Shown: piece by piece, positions 23,843 through 33,377 of the stretch
Position numbering within the stretch: the first letter of the stretch is position 1
Layout of the letters: every line of letters begins with the position of its first letter
From: a virus
Length of the DNA stretch: 41,206 nucleotides
Strand: one strand, 5' to 3'
Virus record (IMG/VR): IMGVR_UViG_3300027784_000002
Coordinates: 1-41,206 of that record
Position numbers and translations under genes: made by a program
The notes under the pieces: model-generated
What the model was told of the DNA's origin: nothing
Database searches by the model: none
Seen by the model: only the letters and a program-made list of their open reading frames with translations

Positions 23843-25294
23843 ATGGCTGTACCAGCAATACTATATGGGGCAGGTGTTAAAGCAGCTAAAGCTGCTCCTT
23901 GGCTAGGTCACACTATTGCGGGACTTTGGGGAGTCGGTCAGCATAAAAGTCAGGAAAGAGAAAAAGAGGCGCAGCATGAAAAGTGGATAGCAGAAGGTAT
24001 GCAGGCTCAGAAGTATGCTAGAGATGCTAGAGACGCATTTCATAGTCTTCTTGACTCAGCTAGAGCTAAAACATATGATGCTCAACACGAAGAACATACA
24101 TTTGCCGGAGGGAGAACTCCGAGAGACGATGAGGAACTACAAAAAGGGCCCGATCTTTCCTATTTACAAGAAGCACTAGATGGTTATCAAGTAGAGGGAG
24201 TAGATCTTCCGGATGTCCCCGATGTAAGAGAAGATATTGATTGGATGAGAGATAAAATAGGAGAAACTCCGGAAGTTCCTGATTTAAGTGGGGAGATGGA
24301 AAGATTAAGGAGCAAATATCAGGTAGAACCTATAGAGCAACAAATAGCAGAGTATGATAGGGAGATAGTGGAGGCTCAACAAAGATGGGAGGAGCAATTT
24401 GCGCGTGAAGAAGGAAGACCTGTTACCTTAGAGCAGATGAGGGGCAGGACTGGAGAAATGTCTAGGGAAATGGAAAGAGAGATAGGATTTTTAGAGCAAA
24501 GAAAAGAAGTTGCTGTTAGTGAGTTGAATCAGAAATACGAGACTATAAATATGATGATGGATCTTGAGGCTCAACAATATGAAATGGCAAGGCAAGATTA
24601 TGAAATGAGATTTAATAAAGCATTCAATCTTACAGGTATGCTTATTGATACTAAGATGCAGGATTTTCAAAATGCTCTTAATTTAGCTAGAACAGAAACA
24701 GAGTTAGAGTCCGTAAGACAACAAACCGCTCTTGCGAATTGGCAAGTAGCTACTGATGCAATGAGCAATGCAATTCAAAGAGGTGCTATGCAGTCTATTA
24801 ACAACTTGTCTTCTGAGCAGAAAGCTAAATTAGCAAAACAAGAAGTTCAGGCAGGATTACCAGCCGGATTTACTGAAACTTTGTTAAATAATATGCGTCC
24901 TCAAGAAGAGCACATACAAAGCATAGTCTCTCAGGATCAAACAGAAATCTCTTCTATATTAAGAAACCCCACTGATGGGACTTTCCGTGTAGAAAAAAAC
25001 CCTACAGGATTATCTGCAGCACGGACAGAAACAGAATTACTTGAGACGGCCAGCGATCTGGACTTGAATACAAAAAGTCAGCAATTAACTCATTTTAGAA
25101 CTGATTGGGTTGAGGGAATGAAAGATGAGTTGAATAAAATGCCAGAACAAGAAAGGGTTGAGTTAATACAGAGATTTTTAGGTGAACTGGATGCGTATTA
25201 TGATAGAGTTGACACACAAGACATTCTTCGGGAAATGAGGCGCACAGGAATAGATGTTCCCATGTCTGTAACACAATTTTATTCCTCACATTAA
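23843..25294 (+). CDS. Putative internal virion/ejection protein (483 aa)
   Basis: Hydrophobic Gly/Ala N-terminus (AVPAILYGAGVKAAKAAPWLGHTIAGLWGVG) followed by a long E/Q/R coiled coil. Precedes the giant protein. The call is positional. Confidence 0.5.
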   Translation: MAVPAILYGAGVKAAKAAPWLGHTIAGLWGVGQHKSQEREKEAQHEKWIAEGMQAQKYARDARDAFHSLLDSARAKTYDAQHEEHTFAGGRTPRDDEELQKGPDLSYLQEALDGYQVEGVDLPDVPDVREDIDWMRDKIGETPEVPDLSGEMERLRSKYQVEPIEQQIAEYDREIVEAQQRWEEQFAREEGRPVTLEQMRGRTGEMSREMEREIGFLEQRKEVAVSELNQKYETINMMMDLEAQQYEMARQDYEMRFNKAFNLTGMLIDTKMQDFQNALNLARTETELESVRQQTALANWQVATDAMSNAIQRGAMQSINNLSSEQKAKLAKQEVQAGLPAGFTETLLNNMRPQEEHIQSIVSQDQTEISSILRNPTDGTFRVEKNPTGLSAARTETELLETASDLDLNTKSQQLTHFRTDWVEGMKDELNKMPEQERVELIQRFLGELDAYYDRVDTQDILREMRRTGIDVPMSVTQFYSSH

Positions 25295-25302
25295 CAGATA
25301 AT

Positions 25303-28300
25303 ATGAGTCTTTTAGATAGACACAAAAAAGAACTTCAGGAAATCAGAAGAGATCCTAGTATTCCTGATGAAACAGGACAAAAGTATCGTGAAGATACTGG
25401 TGTTGGAACTCAAATAAGATCTCCGGCAGAAACTGGAGGTTCTTCTAATTTACTAAAGAGACATCAACAGATGATCCAACAAGATAGTGATCTCCATGAG
25501 GAGGTTAGAAAAGCTACAATTAAAGAAACAAAAGGTATTCCTGATAGAGTGAGAGGTTTTATGGCTGATATTTATGATATGGGAGAAAGATTATTTACTG
25601 AAGAAAAACCAAAAGAAACAGTGGTTGAATTGGACAGGGTGGGAAGAAGGGAAAAGATTGACGTAGAACCCAAAAAAGGTGTATGGGAAACCTTGAGAGA
25701 TTCTTCAAAAAGAACATATCACAATACAGCAGCAGAGATTTTATCTACACGAGCAGTTACCAGAGCTTTCTCGGATAGACTGCCTTTTTTCTCTTTTTCA
25801 GAGGAAGGGACTTATGATTTATTGGATAGAGCGGAGGAAAGGAGAGAGATAGCTAGAGAGTTTCAAAAAGATGTGGAGAAGATAGAGGATATAGATACAT
25901 TTAGTGACTTTGGAAGGTGGGTTGGTTCTACTTCGATAGAAATGGTTCCAATAGTTGGAAGTATAATGATTGGTGGATATATTGGAGGTGCTGCTGGTGG
26001 AGTTGCGGGATCCGCTATTGGTAAATCTAAAATAGGCGCTAGAGTCGCAACTTCAGGAGTAGGAAAGTTGGCCGCAAAAACTCCTAAATTAGGAGGTCTT
26101 ACCTCTCAACAACTTGGAACTATTTCTGGATCTACTATGGGCACATTTTCAGTAGGCTATGCCTCTTATGCAGGAACTATATTTGAGGAAGCTGTTAGAC
26201 AAGGGGCTGAGATAGATGATGCCACATCTGCGGCACTAAGATATGGAGCTCCGGCTGCAGCAGTTAGTATAGTCTTTCCTGCCATGATAGCATCTTATAC
26301 TTTAGGAGCATTTGGTAAAGCAGCAATGAAAAGTAAAATAAGAGTTGCAGCAGAAGGTATTATGGTTGGTGCTCCATCAGAGGGTGTGGCTGAGGGTATA
26401 GCAGAGATATTTACTATAATGGGAGAACAAGTTGCTCAAGGGAAAGATATTTCCGCCTCTGAGATACTTAGAAGTGAAGAGGGGTGGAGCAGGGTTAAAA
26501 ACGCCATGGCTGGAGGTGCTTTGATGGGATTCGGTTTTGGTGCATTGGGTGGTGCTGCAAGATCAAAGAAACAAATAACTCCTAACGATATAATAAGAGC
26601 GACTGATGATTTTTTGGATGCAACAGATCAAGCCATGGAGCTAAATAGAACCACAAGAAGAGGTGAGGTGGAAGATAATCTTCTTGGTAGGTTAAGAGAA
26701 ATAGAGGATCCTTCTGCAGAACAACAGCAATTGATTAACTTCCTTCAGGAAAGAGTAGATGATGCAAGATTGGATGTGAATAAATATGATTCTTTGATGA
26801 TTTATGATGAGCAAATGATGGAGGTTCTTCGTCAAGATGAGGGTTATGTTAGAGAAAGATTGAAAGAATTAGCTCTAAAGAAAGAACCAACTCTGGTAGA
26901 AGCTGCAGAACTTTCTGCTATAATGGTAAACAAACCTAAATTAGCTCATGATGTTGTTACAAAACTAAGACCAGAAGATGTACCAACAAGTCCTGATTAT
27001 TTAGCGGATAGAATAGTTTATGAAATTGCTCAGCCGGGACAATGGACCAATTTGAATGATATACATGAAGCAGTAGAGGGGGAAGGATATAGTCGTACTG
27101 ATGTAGATAAAGCTGTAGATATTTTAGAAAGAAAGAATTTAATTGATAGAGATCAGAGATACGCACCTGCGGATAGTATAAAAACGAAACCTGAAGAATT
27201 AGGATTGCCTCCTGATTCAGACAATATACCTGATGCTATAGATGAGATATATAAAGGAAAAAGAAAAATAAAGGTTCCTACGACCGGATTTGAAACAGAG
27301 GTAAGAGAAGCTATGCGCAAAGGTGATTATATGCGTATATTTTCTAAGGATAAGGGTACTGCAATAGATGAGATTGCCGATGAGTTAGGAATAACACCAA
27401 GTCAGTTGGTTGATGAATTGATTGAAAGAAGTAAGGGCAATAAGAGACTTATTGTTCCAGACAAGGGACCATTAGATACACGACCAAGTGAAATACAAGA
27501 GATGGGAGATGAAATGCCCAGGCATCAATTAGGGCCTCCGGAAGATATTGGAACAAGTGACTTTGATGTTAGAAAAAAACAATCCATAAAAAAGAGGTTT
27601 CCTCACATACATGAATTAAGAAAAAGGAATGTAGATTGGAATAAGTTAGATAAAACGCAAAAAGAAGCTGTTCGTATTTGGTATAATCAAAAAGACAGCT
27701 TAAAGGAGAGAATAGGTGCGGTTGAGAGTAGTTTTGGAAAAGAGGCCAGAGATTCTGTAGAGAGCTACATAAATCAAGGCAAAACAGGTGAACAGTTTGC
27801 TTACGATCTATTTAGAAAAAAAGAAGATGTGGTAGCGCCTAAGGATATTCCCAATGCTTTAGAAAAAGTTAAAACAAATGTAGAATTTTATCAATCAATG
27901 GGAACTAGTTATGAGGGAGATATTCAACCAGAAAATGCAGCTCTCAGAGATTTGAAGGAATTAGCAGAAGATAAAAAAGTTAAACAACGGACTCAAGAGC
28001 AAGTTAAGCAAATTACTGAAAAAGATGGGATGATTACCCTTTATAGGGTAGGGGAAGTTACTGATGTTGATCGTCTAGTTAGTGCTACTTATGATAAAAA
28101 ATTTGCCGATAAGTTTGCTGAGGCAGTGCTATCCCAAAGTAAAACAAAGCCAAAACTTACTGAGTTTAGGGTAAGCCCAGATGAGGTGAAGATATTTATA
28201 GGTGGAGCAGAAAGTGAGGTTTTAGTTCATAGTTTAATTCATAAGAGGGCGGTTGAGGGAGAAGAAGCAAACATCAATGTACAATTAGGAAAACTACACT

Positions 28301-31300
28301 TTAGACACAAAGAAGAAGCAAAGGCGTTTTATAATATGATAGAGGGAGACCCTGAACTACCTTCTTTTCTTAGAGAGCCTGAGTTTCAAATAGATGAAAC
28401 CAGTCAAGATCCAGTAATAGATCCACCAGTAACAAAAGAAAGTGAAGTGGGAATGTTGTCTCGTCAATGGACAACGGATCTTAATATAAAGACAAATAAA
28501 AAGAGATGGTTTACTGTTTTAAGGGATATAGCATTTGACTTGGGAGTAAGTGAGATTTCCTATAAGCCTCACAAAAAAGATTTGCTGGGAACTTTTTGGT
28601 GGGATAAATATAACAAACTTAATTATGGTATAACTCTTAAAGAGACTTGGAGCTTAGCAACGCTAGGACACGAAGTGGGCCATGTTTTTGATTATGTGGT
28701 TATACAAAATCTTGGAGACTTAAAAAAGCCCAGAAGTATGAAGCAAAGGATCTCAAAGAGATATGATAAGATGCGCGAGAATGTGAATAATATGCCTTGG
28801 ACTGATAAGAAAAAGCAGGAGGTTATAGATAGAATAGAGAGCTTTAAGGATGGGGAATTTATAAAAGAGATAGAAAATCTAATTAAATACACAAAAAACT
28901 GGGATAGAAGAACCGAAAGAGAAGAGATGTTTGCTAATTGGTTCTTAGCTTACTTAAATGATTACGATACAACCGTTGCCATAGCTCCCAAATTTACCGA
29001 GGCGATGGAAATGACTTATATGAATGAGCTCCAAAGTGTAAGGAGTAAGTATAAGATTCCAGCTGAAGATACTGAAATACTCAACCTTCCTCCTGCAAAA
29101 AAAGCAAGGAAAGGTATTGATAATTATTTAAGAGGATTACAGCAAGCTAATAAGCTAATGAAACACGATGATACTGTTGAATGGATACAGAATTACAGGA
29201 ATTCTCTCAAAAAACTTCCGGATAAATACTTGAATATATTAGGTATGCCTTACGGAGAATCAATGAGAAATCCGCATTTTAGAGATATGTATAAACCCGT
29301 TCAGGATTATGGAGTAAACGAAGATCACAAAACAAAAGTAGAGTGGCTCGAAAAATCAGGTATACGTAAGATAAGAAAGCTACCGGAAGCCTCAAAAAGA
29401 AAACTTGCTTATGTTTTGTATCAAGGAACTGACATGGAAGAAGTTTATACTGACCAGCAACTTGAAACAGTGTTTGGAATGGATAGTCAGGAGAGGGCTT
29501 ACTACAAGCGAGTGAGAGAAGTTTTGGATGAGGTGAGAGATAAAATGATAGAGACAAGGAAATTTGAGACGGGTTATTATGATATGACAGCGCAGAAAAA
29601 AAAGGATATTGATCGACATATTCAAAATCAAATCAAAGAGCTTACAGGATATTTTCCTAAAACAAGAAGTGGAAAGTGGATTGTTTTTGCAGGAAAGGAT
29701 TATAATGCAAAGACCGGAACTTATGAAACAATTGCTTATGATCACTTTCACTACGCAAAACAACCTCTTATTGCACAAGATGCCCCAAATGCTGCAGATT
29801 TTGCGCAACACTTAAAGGATATGAAAGCGTATGACAGGATAGTTGTAAAAGAGTGGAAAGACTTGCCAAAAGAAATGCAGAGATCAATGACAAAGCAAGC
29901 ATCTTGGTGGGAGCTTCAAAAGATAATAGATAATTCTGGTGTTGATAGAACTGATCCTGAGATACAAAAAATTGTCAAACAGATTGAAAAGAAAACAACG
30001 GAGGGTTGGAAAAAAAGAATTGCAAAAAGAAAAAATGTTCCCGGATTGGATTATACTTTTGAGAACTTTGAACACTCTTTACTTGATATTATAGATGATG
30101 TTTCAAGGGCTCATGCGAGAGCAAAAGCTAAATATCACTGTGAGAAAGCACGTGAGAAGATGTATCAAGCAGAGAAAGATGGAAAAGTTTCCTCAGAGGC
30201 AGTAGCTAGGGCTGAAAAATGGTTTGAGCACTACTTCAATCAAGCAGGGAATGATAGTTGGGTTACCCTAAGAAAAGGTATTTATTGGTGGTATCTCGGA
30301 TGGAAAGTATCATACTTTTTCCAAAACGCTCTACAACCTGTAATGACAACATTAGGAGAGGTTGGTAAGCATGCCAGCATCAGTCAAACCCCCAAACATT
30401 GGGGCAGGGGATACGGATTGTCTATAGATTATTTCTTATCAAGGAAAGCAGGAAACGACTTTATTAAAATAGCTCCTAAGTCCATACAGAATTTCTTACA
30501 AGGAAAAAGGAGGCAGGGAGATCCCCTATTTTATGAGCTTATGGATAGAGCTGTAATGGAGAGAGCGATTTCTGGACAATTTCAAGAACAGATGCTTGGT
30601 GTTAGAAACCCAAAAATGGAAGCACTTCAAAATGTTATAGGAGCTTTTGGTGTAGCTACAGAAACCATAAATAGAAGTCATGCAATGGCAACAGCTTATG
30701 ACATAGCAGTTAATCAGTACAAAATGAAAGATAAGAATAAGATATATGAGTTTATGAAAGAGATGAATTACAATACTCAATTCCCTTATGGTAAGCACAA
30801 TATACCTTTTGGATTAACTAAGGTTGGAGAGATGAAGGGCCCCCTAAGAACTATGTTTGTTTTCAGGTCTTTCTCTCTGAATTACTTAGATTATTTTATG
30901 AGAATGATGACCACCGGAACTAGTGCTCAGAAGTTTTATGGAATTTCCTCAATGATAACAATAGGTGGAATAAGAGGACTTCCTTTTTATGCGATATTAA
31001 ATGCTTTAATTGGTTGGATATGGAAAAGAGATGTTACCGAGAATATCGATGCTTTATTTGATGAAGAAGATGAATGGATAGGAGACTTCCTCATAGGTGG
31101 TGCCTTCTCTTGGGCTAATATGTCTACCTCTCAATTGCTTGGAGTTGGAGATATTGTTTCTCCAACCTATGATCCCATGGGGCAGGCCCTTGGTGCAGGA
31201 TACGGTTTAGCGGGAGATATTAAGTATGGTATGGATCTTTATAAAGAAGGTGATTTGGAAAGAGCGTATGAAAGATTCTCGCCAATAGCACTTAGAAACA

Positions 31301-31692
31301 TACAAACAGCCTTCAGGTGGCAAGAAGAGGGAATTGATTTTGGTAGAGATGTGGTTCATGAACCGGAAGGGTGGGATCTTTATATGAAGGCGCTCAGTTT
31401 TACACCTTATGATGTCTCTCGTCAGTATGATAAAAGGAATATGGCTGACAGATATAGAGATAGTAAAACACGGCTTGGTAAAAGATATACGAATGCTATA
31501 AAAAGGGGTGAAAGCACAGAGTCTATTATTGAATCAATAGAAAAACATAATAGAATAGTTGAAGATGAGTTATATAAGATGTATTACCATTCAAAAATCC
31601 CAATTTCGGTTGACTCTTGGGAAAAAATAGAAAATTCAATCTTAATTGATTTTGACGATATATTTAGGTGGGAAGATAGAGCTTATGAATAA
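25303..31692 (+). CDS. Giant virion protein (2129 aa) with Gly-zipper membrane region, ART-like module, HExxH zincin module and hydrophobic C-terminal region (polyvalent/ejection protein candidate)
   Basis: Uninterrupted 6.4-kb ORF.
- Gly-zipper region: VPIVGSIMIGGYIGGAAGGVAGSAIG.
- ART-like: LYR...SAT...ESEVLV.
- Zincin: LATLGHEVGHVFDY.
- C-terminal hydrophobic segments: FYGISSMITIGGIRGLPFYAILNALIGWIW. Confidence 0.8.
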   Translation: MSLLDRHKKELQEIRRDPSIPDETGQKYREDTGVGTQIRSPAETGGSSNLLKRHQQMIQQDSDLHEEVRKATIKETKGIPDRVRGFMADIYDMGERLFTEEKPKETVVELDRVGRREKIDVEPKKGVWETLRDSSKRTYHNTAAEILSTRAVTRAFSDRLPFFSFSEEGTYDLLDRAEERREIAREFQKDVEKIEDIDTFSDFGRWVGSTSIEMVPIVGSIMIGGYIGGAAGGVAGSAIGKSKIGARVATSGVGKLAAKTPKLGGLTSQQLGTISGSTMGTFSVGYASYAGTIFEEAVRQGAEIDDATSAALRYGAPAAAVSIVFPAMIASYTLGAFGKAAMKSKIRVAAEGIMVGAPSEGVAEGIAEIFTIMGEQVAQGKDISASEILRSEEGWSRVKNAMAGGALMGFGFGALGGAARSKKQITPNDIIRATDDFLDATDQAMELNRTTRRGEVEDNLLGRLREIEDPSAEQQQLINFLQERVDDARLDVNKYDSLMIYDEQMMEVLRQDEGYVRERLKELALKKEPTLVEAAELSAIMVNKPKLAHDVVTKLRPEDVPTSPDYLADRIVYEIAQPGQWTNLNDIHEAVEGEGYSRTDVDKAVDILERKNLIDRDQRYAPADSIKTKPEELGLPPDSDNIPDAIDEIYKGKRKIKVPTTGFETEVREAMRKGDYMRIFSKDKGTAIDEIADELGITPSQLVDELIERSKGNKRLIVPDKGPLDTRPSEIQEMGDEMPRHQLGPPEDIGTSDFDVRKKQSIKKRFPHIHELRKRNVDWNKLDKTQKEAVRIWYNQKDSLKERIGAVESSFGKEARDSVESYINQGKTGEQFAYDLFRKKEDVVAPKDIPNALEKVKTNVEFYQSMGTSYEGDIQPENAALRDLKELAEDKKVKQRTQEQVKQITEKDGMITLYRVGEVTDVDRLVSATYDKKFADKFAEAVLSQSKTKPKLTEFRVSPDEVKIFIGGAESEVLVHSLIHKRAVEGEEANINVQLGKLHFRHKEEAKAFYNMIEGDPELPSFLREPEFQIDETSQDPVIDPPVTKESEVGMLSRQWTTDLNIKTNKKRWFTVLRDIAFDLGVSEISYKPHKKDLLGTFWWDKYNKLNYGITLKETWSLATLGHEVGHVFDYVVIQNLGDLKKPRSMKQRISKRYDKMRENVNNMPWTDKKKQEVIDRIESFKDGEFIKEIENLIKYTKNWDRRTEREEMFANWFLAYLNDYDTTVAIAPKFTEAMEMTYMNELQSVRSKYKIPAEDTEILNLPPAKKARKGIDNYLRGLQQANKLMKHDDTVEWIQNYRNSLKKLPDKYLNILGMPYGESMRNPHFRDMYKPVQDYGVNEDHKTKVEWLEKSGIRKIRKLPEASKRKLAYVLYQGTDMEEVYTDQQLETVFGMDSQERAYYKRVREVLDEVRDKMIETRKFETGYYDMTAQKKKDIDRHIQNQIKELTGYFPKTRSGKWIVFAGKDYNAKTGTYETIAYDHFHYAKQPLIAQDAPNAADFAQHLKDMKAYDRIVVKEWKDLPKEMQRSMTKQASWWELQKIIDNSGVDRTDPEIQKIVKQIEKKTTEGWKKRIAKRKNVPGLDYTFENFEHSLLDIIDDVSRAHARAKAKYHCEKAREKMYQAEKDGKVSSEAVARAEKWFEHYFNQAGNDSWVTLRKGIYWWYLGWKVSYFFQNALQPVMTTLGEVGKHASISQTPKHWGRGYGLSIDYFLSRKAGNDFIKIAPKSIQNFLQGKRRQGDPLFYELMDRAVMERAISGQFQEQMLGVRNPKMEALQNVIGAFGVATETINRSHAMATAYDIAVNQYKMKDKNKIYEFMKEMNYNTQFPYGKHNIPFGLTKVGEMKGPLRTMFVFRSFSLNYLDYFMRMMTTGTSAQKFYGISSMITIGGIRGLPFYAILNALIGWIWKRDVTENIDALFDEEDEWIGDFLIGGAFSWANMSTSQLLGVGDIVSPTYDPMGQALGAGYGLAGDIKYGMDLYKEGDLERAYERFSPIALRNIQTAFRWQEEGIDFGRDVVHEPEGWDLYMKALSFTPYDVSRQYDKRNMADRYRDSKTRLGKRYTNAIKRGESTESIIESIEKHNRIVEDELYKMYYHSKIPISVDSWEKIENSILIDFDDIFRWEDRAYE

Positions 31693-31936
31693 TAACGAGA
31701 TACAAAATATAAGAGACGATATCAAAAGAACAGAGAACAAGCTCTCTACTGATATTAAAGATATGAGACAAGTAGATTTAGTGGAGTTAAAAAACTCTCT
31801 CAATATCCTGAATGGTAGAACAAGAAGACTTGAGGTGTGGAGAGGTTTTATGACAGGAGGTCTTGTTATATTAGGAACGCTTTTTAGTGTACTCCTTTTT
31901 ATCGTGAAAGAGGTGTTGGCAAATTCAACATGTTGA
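31685..31936 (+). CDS. XhlA-like lysis-associated membrane protein (83 aa)
   Basis: N-terminal coiled coil plus a single C-terminal TM helix (WRGFMTGGLVILGTLFSVLLFIV), the architecture of Bacillus XhlA. Start is set at an ATG overlapping the giant gene's stop (ATGAATAA). Confidence 0.4.
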   Translation: MNNNEIQNIRDDIKRTENKLSTDIKDMRQVDLVELKNSLNILNGRTRRLEVWRGFMTGGLVILGTLFSVLLFIVKEVLANSTC

Positions 31937-31960
31937 TTTTTACAAGGGATTTGATACAAT
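31933..31960 (+). promoter_or_regulatory. Sigma70-type promoter placed for a leaderless lysin transcript
   Basis: TTGATT (31933..31938), 16 nt, TACAAT (31955..31960), then 6 nt (aattta), then ATG at 31967. Confidence 0.5.
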
Positions 31961-31966
31961 AATTTA

Positions 31967-33076
31967 ATGAGCAATCTTATCGACAAAAAAAACGTATGGG
32001 CTGTAGGATACGGATTTAAGGATAGCCGAAGTCTTATTAAAAAAATAAAAAACCTTCAAAAAAGAAGAAGGGGTGAGACTGCTATTCGTTGTTGGGTCAC
32101 TAAAAAAGAAAAGGAGGAGGATTTAGATGAAAAGGATCTTATTCCCAAGTATATTGATGGAAAGGAAACTGATGTGAAGGTGGGAGAGATGCCCTCTCAT
32201 TTAGGAGAATATAGGAAAAAACACAGGCCCATGAAGGCAGGTATATCTATGTGCAATGCTTATTTAACCGCTTGTACGGCCGGGATACCTGTTTATAAAG
32301 AAGGTAAGGTCTTTTCTTTAGTAAACAATCATTGCCAGAAAAGACTTGATGGTATTCTCAAGAAGAGAGATCCTATACTACAACCTTCACGATTCGATGG
32401 TGGATCATTGGAAGAGCATGCTGTAGGGGAAACCCATGAGTGGTACGAAAGAAGTATTGATAAGTTAAACGAAATGGATGCAGGGCTTAATTGGGTCAAA
32501 AAGAAATTACTCAGAAGAACACTTAAAAGAGAGTATGTTCCTAAAATTGGAGAAGATGTAAGGCCCGGAGATATAGTTTGGAAAGAAGGAAGAACTACCG
32601 GGTATACAAAAGCTAAGGTGTTAGATGTAGATGTGGAGGCTCGTGTAAATAGTGATGATGGTGTGTTGAAATATAAGGGCATGACTTTTACGGAACCAAG
32701 ATTAGGAGATGCTGGAGATAGCTCATCTGCTGTATTTAATAAGTTGAATAAAGTTGTAGAGCAATTATTTGCGGGAAGTGAGAGTATTATGGTTACTCAG
32801 CCAATAAAAAGACTATTAGATCATTTTAATGTTTCACTTACTCCGGAAAAGGAAGCGCTTTATATGGCTGATGGCTGGTTTAATATAGTTCCCGAAAGCG
32901 TAGAAAAAGATAACTTAGAGGTTATAATAAATACTTACTGGGGAATGAATGTAAGAGATGAGGCCGGACTTCATGGAGATATTATAAGAAAAGCAAAAAA
33001 GGGAGAAGCAGTTAGGTTGCTAGGTTATGCAGGAGAATGTGATGGGTATGATTGGTATAAGATTGAGTTTTTATAA
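31967..33076 (+). CDS. Chymotrypsin-fold (S1E, alpha-lytic-protease/streptogrisin-like) serine peptidase fused to a C-terminal SH3b domain; candidate endolysin
   Basis: - Catalytic-triad contexts: SLVNNHC (His122), EMDAGL (Asp171), GDAGDSSSAVF (Ser252).
- Family hallmark: KEGRTTGYTKAKV.
- SH3b-like C-terminus: GMNVRDEAGLHGDIIRKAKKGEAVRLLGYAGECDGYDWYKIEF. Confidence 0.6.
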   Translation: MSNLIDKKNVWAVGYGFKDSRSLIKKIKNLQKRRRGETAIRCWVTKKEKEEDLDEKDLIPKYIDGKETDVKVGEMPSHLGEYRKKHRPMKAGISMCNAYLTACTAGIPVYKEGKVFSLVNNHCQKRLDGILKKRDPILQPSRFDGGSLEEHAVGETHEWYERSIDKLNEMDAGLNWVKKKLLRRTLKREYVPKIGEDVRPGDIVWKEGRTTGYTKAKVLDVDVEARVNSDDGVLKYKGMTFTEPRLGDAGDSSSAVFNKLNKVVEQLFAGSESIMVTQPIKRLLDHFNVSLTPEKEALYMADGWFNIVPESVEKDNLEVIINTYWGMNVRDEAGLHGDIIRKAKKGEAVRLLGYAGECDGYDWYKIEFL

Positions 33077-33124
33077 AAATTGCGGCAGTCATAAAAAGGT
33101 CTATTACTTTAATAAAACAATAGT

Positions 33125-33316
33125 ATGGTTAAATACATAAAAGAAAACATAGAGATCTTTGTTGAGACACCTCTCATTATAATAGGAGCAGGACTTCTAG
33201 TCGGAGGCCTTAATTATTTAGGAACAGATCCTAGAACAGGAATTGCACTGATTACATTATCAGTGGTTACCATCTTAATAGAAAAGTACGTAGAGAAAAA
33301 GGACAGCGAAAAATAA
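33125..33316 (+). CDS. Holin candidate (63 aa, two TM helices, charged C-terminus)
   Basis: TM helices PLIIIGAGLLVGGLNYL and GIALITLSVVTILI, with a KYVEKKDSEK tail. Located between two lysin genes. Confidence 0.5.
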   Translation: MVKYIKENIEIFVETPLIIIGAGLLVGGLNYLGTDPRTGIALITLSVVTILIEKYVEKKDSEK

Positions 33317-33377
33317 CTACGAGTATTTTTGAAACCGAATGAATATATGACCGAATGGCTAGGGCGAGCCCCTTATT

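Noticed and set aside
25303-31692. The giant 2129-aa protein as a virion-packaged RNA polymerase (N4 vRNAP or crAss-like gp66 type).
   Set aside because: I found no DxDxD/NADFDGD-like metal-binding motif and no T7-like polymerase motifs on reading the sequence. The early genes also have host-type sigma70 promoters, so a packaged RNAP is not needed. Only a profile or structure search could fully exclude it.
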